DNA from: the human T2T-CHM13v2.0 reference genome, Homo sapiens
Direction: 5' to 3' (one strand)
DNA: 64,000 nt
NCBI RefSeq assembly: GCF_009914755.1
Contig: NC_060931.1
Below, piece after piece: positions 63,689-64,000 of the stretch. The notes under the pieces were generated by a model, which was given only the letters and a program-made list of their open reading frames with translations, searched no databases and was not told the DNA's origin. The translations under genes were made by a program, and so were the position numbers. Numbering within the stretch: position 1 is the first letter of the stretch; every line of letters begins with the position of its first letter.

Positions 63689-64000
63689 TCTGTGAGTTCT
63701 TAAGGCTTTTTTTTTTTTTTTTTTCCTGGGCAACATCCCTGTTTCTGTGGCTACTGAATCTTCCTTCCATTCTGGAATGCCTTAGCTTTATCCTGGAACA
63801 TCTGCCTCCAGGGAAAACTTCCCTCTTTTTCATATTTGCCCCAGCTGGAGAAACGCACTTGAAAGATTTCTGACTTTCAGCTGTTTCCAGCGAATTCCTT
63901 AAACTGCTCTCAGCCATAATGTGAGGTCCAAAATCCCATAACTCTTGTCCTGAATTCTCCAGTCTTGACAGCTCAAATTCTACTTTCCCAGGATACAGAT

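Overview
Human nuclear DNA (an AluYb8, a human-specific subfamily, is at 22110-22436). The window is non-coding and repeat-dense: about 60 Alus, many MaLR/ERV LTRs, DNA transposon relics and old L1/L2/MIR fragments. I found no credible nuclear protein-coding exon; the ORF track is almost entirely Alu, LTR or microsatellite read-through. Two structures stand out. (1) A ~4.6 kb old nuclear-mitochondrial insertion (NUMT) on the minus strand at ~58954-63580, colinear ND2(3')-W-A-N-OL-C-Y-COX1-S-D-COX2-K-ATP8-ATP6(5'). It appears to sit inside one split AluS, keeps pre-catarrhine protein states, and was later hit by three Alus and a truncated MER9 LTR. (2) A ~245-bp-arm inverted repeat (46355-47500) that I do not recognise as a known repeat family. 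It has perfectly identical blocks between diverged blocks and abuts a homeodomain/MEIS-motif-rich unique segment. From memory only and unverified, a similar Trp-to-COX2 NUMT lies in the 7q11.22 gene desert near AUTS2; BLAT would settle the locus. Repeat family names and boundaries are by-eye calls against remembered consensus sequences.
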